64,000 nt of DNA. Source: Candidatus Poseidoniales archaeon (GTDB lineage Archaea; Thermoplasmatota; Poseidoniia; Poseidoniales; Poseidoniaceae). The stretch lies in NCBI GenBank assembly GCA_038144595.1, contig JAYQOB010000008.1, forward strand, positions 151,871 to 215,870. The letters are read 5' to 3'. The notes beneath the pieces were generated by a model. The model was not told the origin of the DNA, made no database searches, and saw only the letters and a program-made list of their open reading frames with translations. This document shows, one piece after another, positions 56,745 through 64,000 of the stretch; the stretch's first letter is position 1, and each line of letters begins with the position of its first letter. The position numbers were made by a program, and so were the translations under genes.

Positions 56745-59700
56745 ATGTCAAATCAAACACACCCGAAAACCAAGCCAATTTTCCTGATGTTGTTGATGCT
56801 TCTCGCTCCGTTTGCCTCTGCCAACGTCACCACGTTCGCTGACGGCAGTTCGGAGGTCGACATCGAAATTCGAGACGGCAACGACCTCGAGAATCTGGTC
56901 GACGGCGCCATCAACCTTCCCGACGGTGAAACGGTCACCGGGGCTTCAATGATCATCCACACCCAGATGGTTGAGCACGGTGCTCACTCCCGCATCGACG
57001 CAGAAATTGACGTTGGAAGCGGGCCCGGGGTGCGTGTTTGGAACCCCCAGTACAACAACCAACTCACTGATTTTTCCGATGAATCCCTCTTCCAGTACGA
57101 GGACGGAAATCAAGCGACGGCCATTTCTCTGGTTTCCGAAGGCTTCCTCACTGATTTCGAAGGTACTCCTGCAGGCTTCACTGATTCAACGGACCCCACC
57201 CTCATGCCGTCCAGCGGCATCGGCTGGGAGCACGGTTCGCTCTCAACGACCGACATTCCCGGCGGCTGCGCCTCTGGACAACAGTGCTGGGGCACCAACC
57301 TCGCCGACACCAACTACACCGACGATAACGACGACGGTAACACCCCACCTTCCTACCTGCCGTTCACCGTCTCCATGACGAGCGCTGAATTGTTTGTCGA
57401 CCCGCTCCTCAAGAGCAAGACGGCGTACTTCGACTCCTGGCACAACCTCGAAACGTCGACCGGTTCCCAACAGAACAGCAAGCGCTTCTCGGACTGCGCC
57501 TACCTTGAAATCCGCTCCTCGCCCAATCCCGGTTTCCCACCCGACAACACCGGCTTCGAGTACATCGCCATCGACCAGCAAGCCAGCACCGGTTTGGTGT
57601 ACGGTACCAACTACGCTCAAGGTGGCGGCTTTGGAAGCAACTGGGACGGAAAGATCACCAGCAACTGCGGTGGCCTGCAAAACGGCAGCCAATGGGAGTG
57701 GGGCCTTGCAGGTTCCTCCACGACGGCCCAGAACCCCACGGGTTGGACCAACATCGCCGTTGACCTGACGGATTACATCGACGAGTACGTCCAACTTCGC
57801 TTCGTCCTTGACCACACCGCACGTTCCGCCATGAACATCGATGACAACATGTCGGGCTGGTACGTCGACAACTTCCGACTGGGCGACCTCTTGCCTCAGA
57901 GCGCCAGCATGACCGTCCGTGGCATGACGCCGTCAACCTTGGGCGGTGAAAACCACCCCAACGGCTACGGCATTTTGACCGTTGAAGCCGAGACGTCCCT
58001 TTCTGCCACGCTGACCGTCGATGTTCTCGACACCAACAACAACCCCATCACGGGCAAGGACGGCTCCATGATGACCGGTCTTTCCGGCGACATCATCGAA
58101 TTGTGGAACATCGATACGGCGGACTACCGTGCTGTCAACCTGAAGTTCAACTTCGACTCGGGTCCCGACCGACTCTCGACGCCGGTTCTCCACGGTTTCA
58201 GCATCGGTTCCCGCGTGGGAACTGGCTTCAACTTCTCGGCGATTGGCCCTGTTCAAATCGACGGCGGCATCTGGCAAACAATGGGCGGTGGAGAGCCCAT
58301 GATCTACGTTCCGAACCTGATACGGGACGCCTACAGCCCTGCACTCGAGCGCAGCAAGTTCAGCTACCCCATCACCGCCATGACGCCGGTCATCCAAGAC
58401 GACTGCAGCGAATCCCCGTCCATTGAGATCACGCCCACCGGCCAAACCACCAGCGTCAGCGTTGAAGACGGCGTGAGGTCCACCTTTGACGAACCGTTGT
58501 TCGGCTTCAACGCCGTGACCTCGTACCAAGGACCTTGTGACGTCGGTGGCATTTGGTTTGACTTGGAATTTGGACACCACGCCGAGAACGTTGTAATCGA
58601 CGTGGCCAACGATGGCGACGTCGACTACGGTTTCACCGAGCCCGCGTTTGACATGTTTGGTCGTCAAACCAAATTTGTCTCGGGCACCGTTGACGGTGTC
58701 AACTACGCTGCCGATGATGCCACCCTCACCCTTGGGGTGAACGGCCAAGCGACCGGCGGCTTCTTCCTCCTGCCCGAAGGGGCCGACATTACGGCCGCAG
58801 ATTTCGGTATGGACCAAATTTCCATCCGCTCGAACAGTGACCCGACCGAGGGCTTCGAACTCACGCTCATGGCCGGCTCCCAATCCGTTGTGCTCGGCGA
58901 CATGCCCAACAGCACCATGCTGGTTCAGGAGATGCTCAACCAGCCCATGGACTTCGTAGGCGCTCTGAAGAGCCTGATGACCAATCCTTCCGTTGCGGGC
59001 ACGCACCAGGACGAGTTTGGCCGCTACTGGGTCATGTTCCGGTTCATGGTTGATTCGCCGAACGCCTCGTCAGGAACCACGCTGGACATCGTCGACCTCG
59101 ACATCGTCTACGATTACGCCACCACCCTCGACGAGACCGACGGCTTCGACATCGAACTCAACCAGGGCGTTGCCCTGTGGACCGGTGGCGCGACCGCAAC
59201 CGTTCCCGTCGCCGTGTACAGTTCCACCGGTGGCGGCGTGATGCTGAGTGACCTGAGCGTCTCGTCCAGCACCGGCTACAGCAACACGCTGACCCTCACC
59301 GACAACCCGGTTGGCCTGTACCCGAACGGCGACATCTACGAAGTGGTCACGACGCACGCCGTTGACCCCTTGACCGGCGCTGCACTGGCCGAGGCCTGGC
59401 TGACCTTCGAGTCCGAATCTGGCTACATCAAACTCTCCTGGAGCGACTTCATGTCCTTCGCTGAAGCCAGCGACGAGCACGACCACATCCAACTTGAGTC
59501 CACGTCCTCGGTGGCGGACATCACCAACGGCAAGGAGATCACCTGGCACTTCCGCGTCAACCCAACCTGGGATGATACGCCCGCCGTTCGCATGTACGCT
59601 GGTCTCACGGCCACCAACGGTGTCAACGGACTTCCCGACGCTGTGTTGCTCGAACCTTCGGTCGGCAACGCCGTGGAAAACGATGCGGGCATCACCTCCT

Positions 59701-62632
59701 TTGAGTTGCAAAACAGCATCGGTGCACCGCAGTCCTTGAGTGGGGCTGAATCGGGACAAGACATCAACCTCATCGGCCAAATCCGCCTTGAGGACCTGAA
59801 CGAAGCACCCGACCCCTCCTCCTACTTCCTCACGCTTGAATTGAAGCACGTCAACACGACCGACGGCAACATCACCGTGGAGTGGGAAGAGGTGGCGAAC
59901 CGCTCTGGCGTCATCGGCGGCGACTTCAACTGGAACGTCGACCTTGGTGCCGCAGCGGGCAGCGAAACCTACCGCTTCGCAGCACGTGGGTACGACGGCG
60001 GTGAACTGCTGTGCCCGCCTTCGCAGTACAACCCCGACGAAACCTGCGCCATTCCGTTCGACATCACCATTGACACCTACGAGCCGAACCTGCTCGACCT
60101 TCAGGTGCTCAGCCCCGGAACCGACGCCAACGTCGACTCCAACTGGCGAACCCTGCTTGACGACACCTGGGTGGTTCCTCAGGCGAACCAGCAAATTCGC
60201 ATGTCGAGCCAAGACCTGCCAAGCCCGCCCGCCACGCTTGACCTCCACCTTTGGGTTGAGAACGACCACGATGCGAACAGCGACGGTCTGCCCGATGCAG
60301 ATGAATACATCACCATCACGCTCAACGGCGACGGTGAAGCACCAACGGCCAACTACTCTGGCAACTACAACGACTTGGCCAACGAAGGCCTGGAAGGCAA
60401 GGTGTCGCTCTGGATTGAAGGGTACGACCTCGCAGGCAACCCCATCGACGGTGGCGGGCCTGGCTTTGACAACGACCAGGTCACCTACGTGTCGATGTCG
60501 TCCAAGACGCCGGTGATTCGCAACTTCTTCATCGAGGACTCGAAGGGAAGCAGTTTCCTGAACTCCAACGAACTTCAGTGGGACGGCACGTGGAACCAAA
60601 CCATGTACGCCGGCAACACCTACCACCTCATCCTTGAGGCCAGCGACGACAACGGTTGGCGAGACGTTGACTTCTTCCAAGTTAACCTCGACAAGACTGC
60701 TGATGACATGACCGTGTGGTACTTCCCACGCAACCAAACCGCCTGGACCGACAGCCCACATATCGACATCGTGTACGACGGGGACATCGCTCCCACCATG
60801 CTGACCATGGACAACACGGACCTCATCGACCCCTTCGAATCCGATTTCATTCTGAACATCCCAATTCGAATCGACTGGGGCATCGTTGGTCTTGACGGCA
60901 AGGACATTGAGCCCAAGTTGCAGATGCAGGACCTTGACAACCCGCTTTACACGATGCTTTCGGGTGTCCCGGGCCGCTACATCCAGATTTGGCGATACAG
61001 CGACGGCATTCAACTCGACTTCCGAACCGACGAGGTGAACAACCTCATGGTCACCCCGATGTTTGAAGATGCCAGTGCACCGTTCACCAGCGATGTCCGT
61101 CAAGGCTTCATCTTTGCCGGCGACACCGTGCAATTCACCGGTCAGTTTGCGTTCCGTGAGGGTATCTTTGACAGCGTCTACATCAACCCCGAAGTTGAAC
61201 TGACGCTGGAGATCACCCGTGCGGATGCTGCAGAGGATTTCAACAAGGGCTACATCGCCACACCCGGCGAGGTCATCACGCACACCTTCACCGGTGGTGT
61301 GTTTGACATCAACATCACAGCACCTGTGTTCACCAACGAATACACCTACACGTACAAGCTCATCAACCTGCCCGACGGAGCTGAAGACTTCACGGCAGCG
61401 CTTTGCGCCACGTCGACCTCCTACGGTTGCGGTGAGTTCACCCTGAAGGTTGACCGAACACCCCCGAGGTGTTGCCCAACACGTGGCTTGCTGAGAAGGG
61501 TGCCCTGCCGACCGGTGCGGACGACCGCATCATCTCCAACACCCTGTCCACGGCCAACTACCACTGCGTTGACATTCAGGCCCAAATCAAGGAGCAGGAA
61601 GCCATGTTCCCCGGTGATCTTCAAGTCAACTGGATGTTCTACAGCAACACCATTGACTACACGCCGTGGTCCGAATACGCCGAATACTTCGGATTCGAAC
61701 CTTCCTCGGCCACGTTGTCGTTGAGCACCCTCAGCGGTGGCTACCTGGCAACGGCGACCTGCCTTGACCTGTGGCCCCTGTCCGACAACGAGCCACGCGT
61801 GTTCGATGCCGAGGTGAACGAAGCCAACCAGCCCACGGTCGTGTTCTGGATTTCAGGTGCCGACTCCGCCGGTTCGACCGTTCGCTTGGGCGGTGGAGCA
61901 CAGGAGGACGGCAGCGTGCTGCCCATCTTCTCCGGTCAGGCCCAGCACAAGTCCGAATACACCTTCATCGAAGAGAAGGCCACGTTCGAGATTCAGGACG
62001 TGCTCTTGAGCGAAGACCCACGTGTTGGCGAGAGCATGAAACTCCGCATCAAGGTCAAGAACACCGGTTCGATGGCCGGCGTGGCCGATTTGGTCATCAA
62101 GTCGGTGACCGATGGCGGTACCCCGGTGGTTGAAGACACGGTCTCAACGCCCGAACTGGGCATTCAAGAAGTGAGCGACTGGGTTGAAGTCACCCTCGCT
62201 CCGTTTGCCGCTCAAACCACGGGCATGTACTACACCATCAGCCTCAACGGTTCCAGCGAGAGCATCTACGATGGTTCTCAAGGCCAGTGGGCCGACGTGT
62301 TCAACGTCAAGGTGCAGGCAGAAGAGGACGATTCCAACCTGTTGCTCATCGTCATCATCTTGGTCGCCGTGGTCGGCGTCCTCGGTACGCTGGTCTTCGT
62401 GCTCGCCCGTCGGGGCGGCGGTGCCTCCATGCTTGACGATGAATACGAGGAAGAGGACGATGATGAGGGCTACGGCGAGGCCAAGGTCCTTGCACAGATC
62501 CCTGCCGATGTTGATCCCGAGATGGCACGAGCCATGCAGCAGTTCCCGCAGTGGACTCAAGAAGAAATCCAAGGCTACTTTGACCAAGGATGGAACATTG
62601 AGTCCCTTCAGGACTGGGTCAACAACCAGTGA
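56745..62632 (+). CDS. giant cell-surface protein (~1960 aa) with signal peptide, C-terminal TM anchor and acidic cytoplasmic tail; frame-shifted at the C5 run at ~61461-61465
   Basis: ORF 56745..61724 degenerates into low-complexity after ...FTLKVDRTPP. ORF 61469..62632 continues as EVLPNTWLAEKG... with TM LLLIVIILVAVVGVLGTLVFVLA and a DDEYEEEDDDEGYGE tail. Adding one C joins them. Confidence 0.7.
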
Positions 62633-62641
62633 GGCCCCTGC

Positions 62642-63442
62642 ATGTCCTCGTTGTGGACCGATACGGTCTGGGAGGACCCTGACGGCGGACGCGTCATCGT
62701 TCACGGCACGATGCCAACGGTGGTGTATCCCAACGCCATGCGGCCACGGGCGACCTGGCACGGTCTGGCGCTGCTCGAATCGCCCGATGTCGTCGACCTG
62801 TGGATTCAGGAAGAAGCGGATGAAGCGGAATCACAAGGCATCAACCTCACGCATGCGCTGCTCTCCGGCGGGGCTTTCGGCAAATACATCGAAGGCATCG
62901 AGACGCTTGAGGGCCTTCAGGGCGGTCGTTTTCCCGATCCTGAACCTCGTCGTCTCCAGCGAAACGCCGACCGACACGGCCGGGCGGTCTTCTTTATCGA
63001 ACCCCTGGCCGATGATGAGGACTGGGGCGATTATCTGACCCAGGAAGCAAGAGCCGTCTCCCACTGGCGAAAATTACTGGGCATGGTCCGCGTGGGGAAG
63101 CGATGGAAAAAGAGCGTCAAGCAACATCTGTTCAACGCCCAACCACCACCGAAGGGGCAATCCGTAGACTATTCGACAGCGAGCGTGTTGGCCGCTGCGT
63201 GGTGGGACCTCTCCGAATGGTTGAGCACGCCCGCTCTCGCGAACCGCCGCGATGAGCGCTACGCTGCGCGTGCACGGGGCGCCCTTGCCTCGCTTCGGTC
63301 CTACCTTGGGGATGACGCCACCCTGCTGCTCGTGGTTCACCAGCCTCACGCAGCGGCCATGGTGAAGGCGCTGGATGCAAACATGACGGTGGAGGAGATT
63401 TCATCAACAGCCGCCACCTCCACCCACACGGAGGAAGAGTGA
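62642..63442 (+). CDS. hypothetical protein (266 aa)
   Basis: Coding-like, acidic. No family recognised. Confidence 0.35.
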   Translation: MSSLWTDTVWEDPDGGRVIVHGTMPTVVYPNAMRPRATWHGLALLESPDVVDLWIQEEADEAESQGINLTHALLSGGAFGKYIEGIETLEGLQGGRFPDPEPRRLQRNADRHGRAVFFIEPLADDEDWGDYLTQEARAVSHWRKLLGMVRVGKRWKKSVKQHLFNAQPPPKGQSVDYSTASVLAAAWWDLSEWLSTPALANRRDERYAARARGALASLRSYLGDDATLLLVVHQPHAAAMVKALDANMTVEEISSTAATSTHTEEE

Positions 63443-63443
63443 G

Positions 63444-63986
63444 ATGGCCACTGGAAGCATTGACGTGCGCGTTGAAAACCAACTCGTCCGATTTGTCTGT
63501 CCAACGCCCCTCAACCACGACCGTGTGGTCGCCGAGGTCGGCGGTCAACGCAACAGTGGCGTGGTGATCAAAGCGATGGATCGGCCACGAGCCACCCTTG
63601 TCATCGACGAAGAGGGGCGCATCGTCGTTCACGGTACGCACCGCGTCGAAGCAGCTCGTGCCGCCGCCAAGGAACTGCTCCTCCGCATGGGCATGGATGA
63701 CAACGGTTTGGTGGCCGAGATGGGCCCTGTCGTTGTCTCGTTCCAGTTTGAGCAGTCCGTCAACCTCGAAGCCATCCCGGCCTCACTCCCCTCGGGTTCG
63801 GCCGAATACGATGCACGCTTGGGATGCACGACGCTGACCGATACACGCCACAGCCTGACCGTTCAGATTTGGCCCAACGGAAAGTGCGTCGTCGCCGACG
63901 CTCGACACCCCAACATGGTGGCGATGGCCGCTGTTTATTGGAAGGGCGTGTTCGCCGAGCAAGGATGGTTCGTGCAACGAATTTGA
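63444..63986 (+). CDS. tbp: TATA-box-binding protein (TBP)-like, divergent
   Basis: 180 aa with two ~90-aa pseudo-repeats (IDVRVENQLVRFVCPTPL...VIKAMDRPRATLVIDEEGRIVVHGT and VVSFQFEQSVNLEAI...LTVQIWPNGKCVVADA), matching the TBP repeat pattern. Confidence 0.45.
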   Translation: MATGSIDVRVENQLVRFVCPTPLNHDRVVAEVGGQRNSGVVIKAMDRPRATLVIDEEGRIVVHGTHRVEAARAAAKELLLRMGMDDNGLVAEMGPVVVSFQFEQSVNLEAIPASLPSGSAEYDARLGCTTLTDTRHSLTVQIWPNGKCVVADARHPNMVAMAAVYWKGVFAEQGWFVQRI

Positions 63987-64000
63987 GGGGCTCGCATGGT

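Noticed and set aside
1-64000. IS elements / transposases, rRNA genes, prophage structural genes
   Set aside because: No DDE/HUH transposase, integrase, 16S/23S/5S-like or capsid/terminase signatures were recognised in any ORF or by eye.

Overview
The window is a high-GC (~60%) archaeal chromosome segment. Archaeal identity rests on Alba, Bud32, Orc1/Cdc6, a TBP-like protein, a FlaI/FlaJ-type pilus or archaellum locus, deoxyhypusine synthase and a DUF359-type dephospho-CoA kinase. A marine heterotrophic euryarchaeote (Marine Group II / Poseidoniales-like) is my inference only, based on acidic proteins, giant surface proteins and several beta-oxidation genes. About 55 protein genes are dense on both strands, with one tRNA-Gly(GCC). 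At least ten conserved genes are split by single-base frame changes, so the assembly looks indel-prone. I read these as probable sequencing errors, not pseudogenes. The outstanding locus is a ~1.9 kb AT-rich (~35% GC), essentially non-coding island at ~38.15-40.11 kb. It is bounded by ~55-75 bp imperfect inverted repeats that each fold into a hairpin. It contains an iteron-like motif (aatccgt, five copies on one strand) and a 20 bp direct repeat. Next to it are two winged-helix protein genes (one of 835 aa with no recognisable catalytic domain) and a perfect canonical archaeal mini-ORB dyad (TTCCAGTGGAA). A frame-split orc1/cdc6 lies 6 kb away. This is a candidate replication origin or integrated-element remnant. 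No CRISPR array, rRNA or recognisable transposase was found. Coordinates I derived by counting bases myself may be off by 1-2 nt.
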